This document shows, piece by piece, positions 47,128 to 56,894 of a DNA stretch of 64,000 bases. Location: NCBI GenBank assembly GCA_963805945.1, contig CAWDVP010000004.1:120830-184829 (forward strand), given 5' to 3'. The notes below the pieces were generated by a model. That model had not been told where the DNA came from. It worked only from the letters and a program-made list of their open reading frames with translations, and ran no database searches. The number at the start of each line of letters is the position of its first letter. The stretch's first letter is position 1. Position numbers and translations under genes: made by a program. Source of the DNA: Vulcanimicrobiota bacterium (GTDB lineage Bacteria; Vulcanimicrobiota; Vulcanimicrobiia; Eremiobacterales; Eremiobacteraceae).

Positions 47128-48006
47128 ATGCGAATCGTAAGCGCGAAATTCGGCGCCTTCTTGGCTGTGGGGATCGCCGTGCTGACAGCGGCGTGCTCGA
47201 ACACGAGCACCTCACCATCTGCCACGCCGACGCCCACCCCTTTACCTCCGACCCATCTCTACGTCTCCGATCAAGCAGGCACGGTCTACGTGTATGCGCT
47301 CCCGCTCACCCTCGCAAGCACACCCGCGGTGACGGTCACCGGTCAGGGATGCGAGTGCGGCATGACGATCAGCCAGAACAAACTCTACGTCGGTCCGTTC
47401 GTCTTCCAACTGCCGCTCACCAACGCGAGCGTGCATATAGCCACGCTGACGACGACGAGCAGCCCGGTCGCTGATGCGTCGGACGCGAGCGGCACGATCT
47501 ATATCGCCGAGAACATGAGCGCCACGTGCTGCGTCGACGTGTACCAGGGTGGCGCGACGACTCCGACGTTCACATTGAGCGGGGTTTCGGTTAAGACCCC
47601 ATTCGGGGCCACCGTGGACAGCGGCGGCAATCTTTTTGTCGCCAACAGCGGCTCGATTGGATACTTCACCGCGCCGGTGCATTCAGGTGAGGTGGGCATC
47701 ACGTTCGGACGGGATTCTTTCAACGAAGGGCTCGCGACGGATGCTGCCATCAATCTCTACGTCGCCGACGGCAATGGGCCTGGAACCATGGACTATTACC
47801 ATCCGCCGTATACCGGCGCCACTACCCCGGGTGCACCCGTGACATTCAGCTCCACCCTCGAGCAGATGGGGATCGCGAGTGACGGCACGATGTATATCGC
47901 CGCGGAATCGCCGAACCAACTATTCGTGCTCACGGCTCCCTACACGTCAGTCGCGCTGGCCGTTCCGGTATCGTACGTCGCCTACGGCATCGCCATCGGA
48001 CCGTAA
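47128..48006 (+). CDS. Beta-propeller-like lipoprotein, tandem paralog 2
   Basis: Colinear with paralog 1 (TCC[IV]DVYQGGAT, GITFGRDSFNEGL). Confidence 0.8.
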   Translation: MRIVSAKFGAFLAVGIAVLTAACSNTSTSPSATPTPTPLPPTHLYVSDQAGTVYVYALPLTLASTPAVTVTGQGCECGMTISQNKLYVGPFVFQLPLTNASVHIATLTTTSSPVADASDASGTIYIAENMSATCCVDVYQGGATTPTFTLSGVSVKTPFGATVDSGGNLFVANSGSIGYFTAPVHSGEVGITFGRDSFNEGLATDAAINLYVADGNGPGTMDYYHPPYTGATTPGAPVTFSSTLEQMGIASDGTMYIAAESPNQLFVLTAPYTSVALAVPVSYVAYGIAIGP

Positions 48007-48024
48007 GGCTACCAAAACGAAAAT

Positions 48025-48057
48025 GTAGGGGCCGATCTTCAGATCGGCCCTTTTTTT
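48025..48057 (+). repeat. REP family A hairpin/terminator
   Basis: GTAGGGGCCGATCTTCAGATCGGCCC followed by T7. Confidence 0.85.
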
Positions 48058-48946
48058 ATTGTGTGGGGGACGGCGCGGGTGCCGGTGCGGTATTCGGCCA
48101 GGTCGTGCCGTCGCTGTAGGTCACGCCGGTCACCGACATCGCGATATAGCCGGCGCGCAGGATCGAAATGCTCGCAAGTCCCGTGTCTTTCACCCAGCAA
48201 TTGTTGAGCTGATCGCGATTGCCGACGCCGCCCTTGAGCGTCGTGTAGTCGTTCAACGTCGCCGGCCCTGCGATCGTGATGGTCGGCGAGAACGTGCCGG
48301 TGCGCTGGTTGACGTTCGTTTCGAGCAGGCTGCCGTCGTACGCGAGCAGCTGATACGTGAACGAGATCGTCGTCGCGGTCTTCGCGCCGGTATTCCGGAA
48401 GGTGAGGCATTGGATGAGCGACGTGCCGTCGTTCTTCGCCGCCGCGAAGCCGCCCGCGATGACGATGCCGCTCGCGTCGCTCGCCTCCGGCGCGAGGGTC
48501 AGCGCGATGATGCGATAATTCGGGTTCGGGGTCGGGCCGGTCGAGGGACTGTTGCAGCCTCCCGGATCGATCGGGGACAGACACGGACCGATCTGCGTAT
48601 CGGTGGCGCCACGCGCGTAGAGCGCGCCGCGCCCTTTGCCCTGCAGCCAGATCACGACGGCATCGCGATCGCCCGGTTGCATAGTGACGATCTGCGCTTT
48701 CACTTGATCGAGCGTCGAAAAGACGGGATTGGGCATCTGCACCGGCGTGTTGCCCGCCCAGCTCTGCAACGCGGATAGGTCCCCGACACCGAGCGCTTGG
48801 ATCGCGGACAGCCCGCGCAGCAGCGCGTAGCTCGGCTGGTTGTTGCAGTTGCCGTAGCCGTAGCAGTTGGTGTCGGCCGCGATCGTCTGTGACGCACTGG
48901 CCGAGAGCAGCACCGCGAGGGCGAGCGCGAAAATCGTCGGTCTCAT
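48056..48946 (-). CDS. Secreted hypothetical protein
   Basis: Signal peptide MRPTIFALALAV; Cys pairs; C-terminal V.YSDGTTW. Confidence 0.7.
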   Translation of the reverse strand: MRPTIFALALAVLLSASASQTIAADTNCYGYGNCNNQPSYALLRGLSAIQALGVGDLSALQSWAGNTPVQMPNPVFSTLDQVKAQIVTMQPGDRDAVVIWLQGKGRGALYARGATDTQIGPCLSPIDPGGCNSPSTGPTPNPNYRIIALTLAPEASDASGIVIAGGFAAAKNDGTSLIQCLTFRNTGAKTATTISFTYQLLAYDGSLLETNVNQRTGTFSPTITIAGPATLNDYTTLKGGVGNRDQLNNCWVKDTGLASISILRAGYIAMSVTGVTYSDGTTWPNTAPAPAPSPTQ

Positions 48947-49017
48947 GAAGCCCCACCTTTCGTCCCGGCGAACGGTTTGGTGCATCGGCCACGCTGAGCC
49001 TGCGGTCGCACGCGGAT

Positions 49018-49141
49018 TTGACGTCCCGGGAACCGCTAGGGTATACTTGGCGCTGTACCCAGGCCCGGCGCACGGTCGAGAGGCTCGACCGGATTCATCA
49101 GCTGGACCGCGGGCGAATGTGGAAGGACGACTTACTACAGC
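49018..49141 (+). promoter_or_regulatory. rpsO promoter and structured leader
   Basis: TTGACG-18-TATACT followed by hairpin CGGTCGAG-AGG-CTCGACCG. Confidence 0.6.
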
Positions 49142-49411
49142 ATGGCATTGAGCAAAGATCATAAGACCTCGGTCATCGATAAGCACAAGCGCAAAGACAA
49201 CGACACCGGATCGCCGGAAGTCCAGATCGCGCTGCTGACCGAGTCCATCAACGACCTCACCGAGCACCTCAAGGCACATAAGAAGGACCACGCCAGCCGG
49301 CGTGGACTGCTCATGAAGGTCGGCAAACGACGCCGCTTGCTGCGCTACCTCGAAGGGTCGAATCTCGAGCGCTATCGCGCGATCGTCAACGAACTCGGCC
49401 TGCGGCATTAA
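49142..49411 (+). CDS. rpsO: 30S ribosomal protein S15
   Basis: [25 protein letters not shown]. Confidence 0.97.
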   Translation: MALSKDHKTSVIDKHKRKDNDTGSPEVQIALLTESINDLTEHLKAHKKDHASRRGLLMKVGKRRRLLRYLEGSNLERYRAIVNELGLRH

Positions 49412-49595
49412 GCACGAATTCGGTCGAATACATTCGACCTTCCCTACGCTCGAACGCCTGTGGCGGTCGACTTTAGTCGACCGCGCTCGCGTTCCGCATC
49501 CAGGGAACGCACCCGTACATTAAGAAGATATCCACATCAATAATTGATTGAAACTAGAGCCGCGATTGTATCGCGGTGAATTAGGAGGAACCCCC

Positions 49596-51716
49596 TTGCC
49601 AGAGTCCGTCAGCATGGAGCTGGGCGGGCGCACGCTTACCATCGAAACCGGTGAGCTCGCGCGCCAGGCCAGCGGCTCCGTATTCGTCCGTTATGGTGAC
49701 ACCTGCGTCCTCGCCGCCGTCACCGCCAGCGCCAACCCCCGTGATGGGATCGAATTCTTCCCCTTGACCGTCGATTACGAAGAGCGCATGTACGCCGCGG
49801 GTAAGATCCCGGGCGGGTTCATCAAGCGCGAAGGCCGGCCGTCGGAAAAGGCGACGCTTAGCGCACGCCTCATCGACCGCCCGTTGCGGCCGCTCTTCCC
49901 CGAAGGTTTCCGCCACGACATCCACGTCGTGTGCACCATCCTGTCGGTCGACCCCGACGCCGATCCCGATGTGATCGCGCTCGTCGGCGCGGGCGCCGCG
50001 CTCGCGGTCTCCGACATCCCGTTCGACGAGCCCGTCGCGGGCGTGCGCGTCGCGATGGTGGACGGCGAGTACATCGCCAACCCCACCGCCGAACAGCGCG
50101 AGAAATCCATCCTCGATATCATCATCGCCGGCACGGCCAAAGCGGTCATGATGGTCGAGGGCGGCGGCAAGGAGGTCTCGGAAGAGGCAGTCCTCGGCGC
50201 CGTCGAGTTCGGCCATGCGCGCGTGTGCGAGATCCTGCGCATCATCGCCCAGCTCGCCTCGAAAGCCGGCAAGACGAAGCGCGTGTTCCCGCTCTTCCTG
50301 CCGTCGCCGAAGATGCAAGAGTTCGTCGAAGATCAGTTCGGCGCCGACATCGCCAAGGCGATGCGCATCACCGGCAAGCTCGACCGCAATCGCGCATTTG
50401 ACGCCATCTCGCGCCAAGAAGCGCTCGTGCGCGTCGCGGGCCACCGGCTCGAAGCCGACGTGCGGCCGCTGCTGGAGAACAGCAAGAACCGCGACTTCGA
50501 CAACTGCGTGAAGCATTGCGAAGAGCAAGAGCTGCGCACCATGGTCGTCGACGAGGGCATGCGCCCCGACGGCCGCAAGCTCGACGAAGTCCGTCCGATC
50601 ACCACGCGCACCGGCATCGTGCCGCGCACGCATGGCTCGGGCCTCTTCACCCGCGGCGAGACGCAGATCTTCACCGCGGCGACGCTCGGCTCGATCAGCG
50701 ACGAACAGCGCATCGACGGCCTCGGCCCGATGACGTTCAAGCGCTTCATGCACCACTACAACTTCCCGCCGTTCTCGGTCGGCGAGACGCGCCCGATGCG
50801 CGGTCCCGGCCGGCGCGAGATCGGCCACGGCAACCTCGCAGAGCGCGCGATCGCGCCGATGCTGCCGCCCGCGGATCAGTTCCCCTACACATTGCGACTC
50901 GTCAGCGAGACCTTCGAGAGCAACGGCTCGTCGTCGATGGGCTCGGTGTGCGCGAGCACGCTGGCGCTCATGGATGCGGGCGTGCCGCTGCCCAAACACG
51001 TCGGCGGCGTCGCCATGGGCCTCATCCTCAAGGATGGCCGCCCGGGCATCCTCACCGACATCCAGGGCCTCGAAGACGCGCTCGGCGAGATGGACTTCAA
51101 GGTCGCCGGCACCGAAGACGGCATCACCGCCGTGCAGATGGACATCAAGGTGCAGGGCATCACGATCGACATCATGCGCAAGGCGATGGCGCAGGCCCGC
51201 GACGGCCGGCTGTTCATCATCGGCAAGCTCAAGGAGGCGATCGCGGTACCGCGTCACGGCCTCTCGAAGTTCGCGCCGCGGATGATCGTGCTCGAGATCC
51301 ATCCCGACAAGATCAAAGACGTCATCGGCCCCGGCGGCAAGGTCATCAACAAGATCGTCGCCGAGACCGGCGCCAAGATCGACATCGAGGACGACGGCCG
51401 CGTGTTCCTGGCATCGCCGGATGCGGCGTCGGCCGAGAAGGCGCGCAAGATGGTGGAAGCCATCGTCAAGGACGTCGAGATCGGCGAGGTCTACTCAGGC
51501 GTGGTGAAGCGCATCATGAACTTCGGCGCCTTCGTGCAGATACTGCCGGGCAAAGAAGGCTTGGTGCACATCTCGCAGCTCGCACCGCACCGCGTCAACC
51601 GCGTCGAGGATGAGGTCAACATCGGCGACGAGGTCGTGGTCGAGGTCCGCGAGATCGACGATAAGGGCCGCATCAACCTCACGCGCAAGCACCCGGCGGG
51701 CGCGGCCAAGCACTAA
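49596..51716 (+). CDS. pnp: Polyribonucleotide nucleotidyltransferase
   Basis: FFPLTVDYEER, RREIGHG, SNGSSSMGSVC, KH and S1 domains; AGGAGG plus TTG start. Confidence 0.98.
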   Translation: MPESVSMELGGRTLTIETGELARQASGSVFVRYGDTCVLAAVTASANPRDGIEFFPLTVDYEERMYAAGKIPGGFIKREGRPSEKATLSARLIDRPLRPLFPEGFRHDIHVVCTILSVDPDADPDVIALVGAGAALAVSDIPFDEPVAGVRVAMVDGEYIANPTAEQREKSILDIIIAGTAKAVMMVEGGGKEVSEEAVLGAVEFGHARVCEILRIIAQLASKAGKTKRVFPLFLPSPKMQEFVEDQFGADIAKAMRITGKLDRNRAFDAISRQEALVRVAGHRLEADVRPLLENSKNRDFDNCVKHCEEQELRTMVVDEGMRPDGRKLDEVRPITTRTGIVPRTHGSGLFTRGETQIFTAATLGSISDEQRIDGLGPMTFKRFMHHYNFPPFSVGETRPMRGPGRREIGHGNLAERAIAPMLPPADQFPYTLRLVSETFESNGSSSMGSVCASTLALMDAGVPLPKHVGGVAMGLILKDGRPGILTDIQGLEDALGEMDFKVAGTEDGITAVQMDIKVQGITIDIMRKAMAQARDGRLFIIGKLKEAIAVPRHGLSKFAPRMIVLEIHPDKIKDVIGPGGKVINKIVAETGAKIDIEDDGRVFLASPDAASAEKARKMVEAIVKDVEIGEVYSGVVKRIMNFGAFVQILPGKEGLVHISQLAPHRVNRVEDEVNIGDEVVVEVREIDDKGRINLTRKHPAGAAKH

Positions 51717-51736
51717 CGCACTCGTAGGAGGCATTC

Positions 51737-52298
51737 ATGCGCCATCGCTCTACCTTCGCAGGCACGCGGTGGCGCTTGCCGTTTGCGTCGCCGCTTGCGG
51801 TGCTGGCGGCCACGGTGTCCGCGGGCAACGGGCTCAACGGCAGTCTCAACAACGCGCTCGACACGAAGAGCTCGTATGCGGGCCAGCCGATCTCGATCAA
51901 CGTCGTGCAGCCGTTCCCGCAGGGCATCTCGGCGTTCAACTACGCGGTCATCTACGGTCACGTGGGCAATGTGACGCCCGGCGGCCGCGGCACGAACCCG
52001 CAGCTGTCCATCATCTTGGACAAGATCAAGTTCTCCAACGGCTCGTCCGAGTCGATCGGCGCCGTCGTCAACAAGCTCGAACCCAAGAAGGACAAGCGCG
52101 GGCGCGTGCTGCTCGGCACGGCCGGCGGCATGGCCTTGGGCAACTGGGCCGGCAAGGCGATGTTCGGCGGCAGCGCCGGCGGCGCGGTCGGCGCGGCGAC
52201 CGGATTTCTGCTCGAGCTCGAACAACAAGAGCGACTTCCACGTGCCGGCCGGTTCGCCGGTGGGCATACAGCTCACGCGCTCGCTGTCGGTGCCGTAA
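51737..52298 (+). CDS. Secreted protein with Gly-zipper hairpin, paralog 1 (frameshifted)
   Basis: LDTKSSYAGQP..IYGHV..GTAGGMALGN; the C-terminus KSDFHVPAGS lies in another frame. Confidence 0.65.
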
Positions 52299-52311
52299 GA
52301 AGGGATTCGAT

Positions 52312-52870
52312 ATGAAATATCGCGCGCCACTGCTCGCGGCTGTCGCCGCACTTCTTCTCCCGGTCGCGGCCGTTGCCGCGCAGACGTTTAGCCACCGGCA
52401 CGGCCATCCACACGACGATCACCTCGACGATCGACACGAAGACCGCGTATCTCAACCAGCCGTTCACGCTTGCGGTGCAGACGCCGTATCCGAACGGCGA
52501 TAGCAATTTGAGCGGCGCGACCATCACGGGTCACGTCATCAAGATCGTCAAGGCCGCGCAAGGACGCAATGCGCAGCTCGAGCTCGCCGTCACGTCGATC
52601 AAGCTCGCCGGCGGCAGCTCGAAGTATCTCAACGCGAAGTTCACCAACATCACCGAGAAGAAGACCAGCAAGCTGCCCGAGGTCGCCGCCGGCACGCTCG
52701 CCGGCATGGCGCTCGGCAACATGCTCTTCAAGACGGTGTTCCAGGCCAAGTACGGAGGCGTGGCCGGCGCGGTCGCGGGCTACCTCATCACCTCGAACGA
52801 CAAGCCGAACTTCACCGTGCCGTCCGGTTCGTCGGTCGACCTGCAGCTGCTCAGCAACCTCACCATCTAG
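52312..52870 (+). CDS. Secreted protein with Gly-zipper hairpin, paralog 2 (frameshift near 52388)
   Basis: MKYRAPLL signal; IDTKTAYLNQP..ITGHV..GTLAGMALGN..KPNFTVPSGS. Confidence 0.7.
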
Positions 52871-52878
52871 CCAGCTAT

Positions 52879-52903
52879 GTAGGGGCCGACCTTCAGGTCG
52901 GCC
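52879..52903 (+). repeat. REP family A hairpin
   Basis: GTAGGGGCCGACCTTCAGGTCGGCC. Confidence 0.85.
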
Positions 52904-52917
52904 TTCGCGTGAGAACG

Positions 52918-53391
52918 ATGCGCAGACCAGCCCTCATCTTCACGATTCTCTCGCTGCTGTGCTTTGCGCTGCCGTTCTTCGTCGTCTCGTGCGGCGGGCA
53001 GACGGTCAACACGGTCACCGGCATCAGCCTGATCACGGGTCAAGACGTGCCCGCTCGCCTTGAGCAGCGGCAGCGGCGGCACGCAGCACGTACCGCCCAA
53101 CGCGTGGGCCATCGCTGCCGTCGTCTCTGGCGATCATCGCGCTCTTGTTGATACTGAGCCGGATGAAAGATCCCGCGAGCGTCGGTATCGTGGGCTGCGG
53201 CGACGCTGTGCGCGCGGCGATCGCTTTGCTGCTGGTGCGGCTGTCAGCGCGCGATGCGCTCAGCGCACCAATTCGTGCTCGGCGTCCGTGTCGCGTATGG
53301 CTACTATCTCTCGCTGCTGTTCATGTTCGCTGCAGCCGTCGCGGGCGTGCTCGGCGCCCGCCAAGACAAGGCCCCCGCGCCACCGTCCTAG
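52918..53391 (+). CDS. Hypothetical membrane protein (frameshifted)
   Basis: CFALPFFVVSCGG...TGISLITG and further hydrophobic segments in shifted frames. Confidence 0.5.
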
Positions 53392-53414
53392 CGGCGACGA
53401 TAGACCCTTATGGG

Positions 53415-53942
53415 CTAGGGCTCTTCGAAAAGCGCGCGCGCCGGCATCGCAAAACCCGGCATGCTGGCGTGGCTGACGATCCCGTCGCGATCGATGATCC
53501 GCTGGCCGCTTGCATCGCGAACCGTCACGGTCTGGTCGTCTGTGTCGACGATGAATACCACGGTCGTGCCGCATGCGAAGTACACGCGGATCTTGTCCTC
53601 GAGATCTCTCTTCCGGTCGCTGGGCGAGAGCACTTCGACGACGGCATCCGGCGCTATGTTAGGCATATCAGCCGCCTCTTCGTCTTCTCGGGGCAGCCTC
53701 GCGTACGACAAGTAAGCCACGTCCGGCACGAGTGGCCTGCGGATCTCTCCCGGCGGCTGTAAGCGGAACTCCCACTCGATGCCAGGCCGGCCGCTGTGGT
53801 TTTCGTCTGCCCAGACTAACATCGCGGACCCGAATTCAGATTGGGCCAGGGCGTGCTTGTACCGACCACCCGCCTTTTGCAGCACTCGGCCATTGACCCA
53901 CTCCAGCGCCGGCTTGGTCTCTGGCAAACTGATCTCGTGCAT
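53415..53942 (-). CDS. Uma2 family endonuclease
   Basis: ETKPALEWVNG, VPDVAY, APDAVVEVLSPSD, KIRVYF. Confidence 0.9.
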   Translation of the reverse strand: MHEISLPETKPALEWVNGRVLQKAGGRYKHALAQSEFGSAMLVWADENHSGRPGIEWEFRLQPPGEIRRPLVPDVAYLSYARLPREDEEAADMPNIAPDAVVEVLSPSDRKRDLEDKIRVYFACGTTVVFIVDTDDQTVTVRDASGQRIIDRDGIVSHASMPGFAMPARALFEEP

Positions 53943-53945
53943 GCT

Positions 53946-54161
53946 TTAGACGAGAACTTCGACTAACTCGATTTTCGCTGGCGTTGGAACGGGAAGATTT
54001 TGCTCTCGCAGCGCATCGATGTAATCGGCGATCGCCCCGGGCGCGTCAGCGAGCAGTTCCTCGCGCGTGTCGGCGGCCAGCAAGAGGCCCGGCAAATCTG
54101 GCGCCGTCGCGCCCCAGCCACCGTCGTCGGCCTGCTCAATAATGATTGAATATGCGTTCAT
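53946..54161 (-). CDS. hicB: HicB family antitoxin (short, no HTH/RHH tail)
   Basis: YSIIIE...PDLPG...TREE...AIADYI. Confidence 0.85.
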   Translation of the reverse strand: MNAYSIIIEQADDGGWGATAPDLPGLLLAADTREELLADAPGAIADYIDALREQNLPVPTPAKIELVEVLV

Positions 54162-54361
54162 CGTGGCCTCCAGATGCCGTCGATTTGTTTCAAGATTTTC
54201 GCCAGCGTTCCCCTCGGAACGTCCTTGGACCCATGGGCGGCGATGACCACTGAATACGAATAGTCCGGGTGACGATAGATGCGGTGAGACGCCTTTGATC
54301 CGTAACGCACGAACCGCCAGCCTCGACTCTCGGCGTAGGCAACAACATCGTTGGCCTTCAT
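54158..54361 (-). CDS. hicA: HicA family toxin
   Basis: GWRFVR..SHRIYRHP, HGSKDVPRGTLAKILKQ. Confidence 0.88.
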   Translation of the reverse strand: MKANDVVAYAESRGWRFVRYGSKASHRIYRHPDYSYSVVIAAHGSKDVPRGTLAKILKQIDGIWRPR

Positions 54362-54494
54362 CGGAGAGACCCATCACGCGGTTGTTCGTGATGGTCAAGT
54401 CTCCGCGTCGATTCGCTCGCGTTAGGTTCGCGGCGGCTCTCCCGTTACAACACACAAGAAGGCCGACCTGTTCGGTCGGCCCTCTTGTGGTCCG

Positions 54495-56815
54495 CTAGCG
54501 GCCGCGACCGCCGCCGCCTCGCATGCCGCCGCCACCACCGGATTCCCGCCGCTAACTCGCCGCTCCTTGGTTGCGCGCGAAGTTGTCGCGATTCAGGTTC
54601 TGGTAGGTCCCCGCGTTCATCCCCATGCTCCCGCCCGCGTTCATCGACTGTTGAGGTCTGTTGAACGACGACTCCGATGGCGTGTACGGCGCCTTCGAGC
54701 CTTGCCATGCACCCGACTGGTTGTTATATTGCGACCAGCCGCCATTGGTCGACGGCCTATACACGTTGCCGTCGTTGCCTGCGAACACGTCGTTGGTCGA
54801 CGGCCGCGTCGACCCGGCGAAAGATCCGCCTCCTGGCAACGTGCTCGCCGATCCGCCGGCGGGCCGAGTGCCGGCCGCACCGCCTGCCGGCAGCGTCGCC
54901 GCTGACCCACCTGCCGGCCTGCTCACCGACGGCTGATGCGCGACGTTGTTGCCCCAGCTCTTGTACGGTTGGGCTTGATTGCCGGAGCCGTATCTGCCGC
55001 CGGCGGTGCTCGCGCAGCCATGGCCTTGCGCGCACCCGACCGCGCCGTTGGGTCCCCATGCCGCGGCACCGCGATACATGTTGCCCGTCGCAGGGTTGTA
55101 GACCGCGCCGCGGCCGATGCCGCCGTTCGGTCCGTACACCGCGCCGCCGCGCCAATAGTTGCCGGTCGCCGGATTGTAGCCGCCGCCGATCGCCGCGCCG
55201 CCGTACGGACCGCGCACCGCGTACCCGCGACCATACGCGCCCGTCACGGAATTGTAGTACGAGCCGCCGACATACGTGCGCGGCCAGGGATAATAGATCG
55301 GATAGCCGCCGGCATAGCCGTACCACGGGTTGTACCACCAACCCGTGCCGTAGTAGTAGCCGCCGTACCAGGGATACCCGAACAAGTAGCCGCCGGTATA
55401 CGCGAACGAAACCGACGAGTTATCGGATTGGGTCTCGGTGACGTAGGTGTCTTGATACAGCGGCGATTCGGGCGTGATGGTGTAGATCTCGGCGGGCACC
55501 TGTCGGTGACCGCCCACGGACCGTTCGGCGTGTTGGCGACGAACCACACCGCGTTCTCGCACGCGTAGTACTTGCCGTCGCTCGCCTTGATCACGTCCGT
55601 GTCGGTGTTGACCGCGTAGAGCATCGACGTGTTCGGGATCGGCTGGAATACCGGATCGCCGGTGTACTTCACGCTGAGCGTCGCCGTCGAGCGATTGATC
55701 TGCGCCGTGTGCGGTATCTGCGACTCGATGAGCGCCTCCTGCGATTGCGGGGTGCCCGGCACCGACGGCAACACGAAGCCGAGCGGGCCGGAGGCGGGGA
55801 TCTTCTTGAAATCCGCCGGCAGCTTCGTGCTCGCGAACGACCACGGGCCGGAGAGGCTGCTCGCGGCAAACCAACGCCCGGAGCTCAGGTAGTAATATTG
55901 CTTGCCTGCCGTATCGAAGACCAGCGTGGCCGGCGAATTCGAGACGAAGCTCAGCTTCGTGCCGGGGATGGCGGTGAACTGCGGCGCGCCGTCGGTCACG
56001 ATCGCTTCTGCCGGCGTGGTGGAGACCCACACGGTCGGCATCTGCGCGGCGCTCAGCGGCGCGGCGCTGAGATTGGCGCGCGCGTCTTTCCAGTTCTCGG
56101 TGTCGGGCAGCTGCGCGAACACGGCGGGCAGCGTGCCGGCCGGGGACCACGGTCCCTTCGCCGAGGGCGCCTGCAGCCAATGATCGCTGTCGAGCAGATA
56201 GACCTGCGTGCCGTTCTGGAAGACGTTCCAGTTGGTGTTGATCGCGAACTTGAGATCGCCGGTGAGATCCTTGATGGGGCTGAACACCGGATCGCCGTCG
56301 TAGACGACGAGTATCGCGGGCTTATCGCTGTAATACAGCGTCGGCGGATCGGTCTTGATGGGGACGTTCTGCGCGGCGGCGCTGTGCTGCAGGCTCGCGA
56401 CGATCGTCGCCGCCGGCAAGACGGCATCGTTGAGATGGAGGTTCTTGCGGACATACGCGTCATACTTCTGCTGCGTCGCGGCCGAGATGCCGGGGAAGCT
56501 CACGGAGTCGACTTGCACGTTCGTGACCTTGACGGACTTCGTGGTCGCATCGGTGACGGTGTCGGCGGTCAGCCCGACGACGCCGTACGTCGGCTCTTTC
56601 GCGCCGGGCGCGGTGACGCCGACCGCGGAGCGTGCCTTGAGCTTGGTGTAGTTCTCCCATGACACGACCTGGGGCTCGTAGGCGGTCCACGTGTAGCCGT
56701 TGACATTGCCGGTCTTGGGCCAGCCGGTGATGTCGCCCGCACTCGCGGGTGCCGCGGCCCAACCGCAGAGCACTGCCGCCGTCCAGATGGCGGCGATCGA
56801 AGCAGAACGTGTCAT
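54495..56815 (-). CDS. Large secreted protein with Gly/Tyr-rich repetitive C-terminus (frameshifts near 55500 and 54550)
   Basis: Signal peptide; repeated W..A.S..GPW motifs; tail with YNPATG / GPNGG repeats and NDVFAGNDGNVYR. Confidence 0.75.
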
Positions 56816-56894
56816 TGAGAAGACTCCTTATCCGCTCTTGCGCTGTAGGCGTGGAATCTTCGATACGGGGGCCCGGTTCCCGCTCGGTTGGTCC

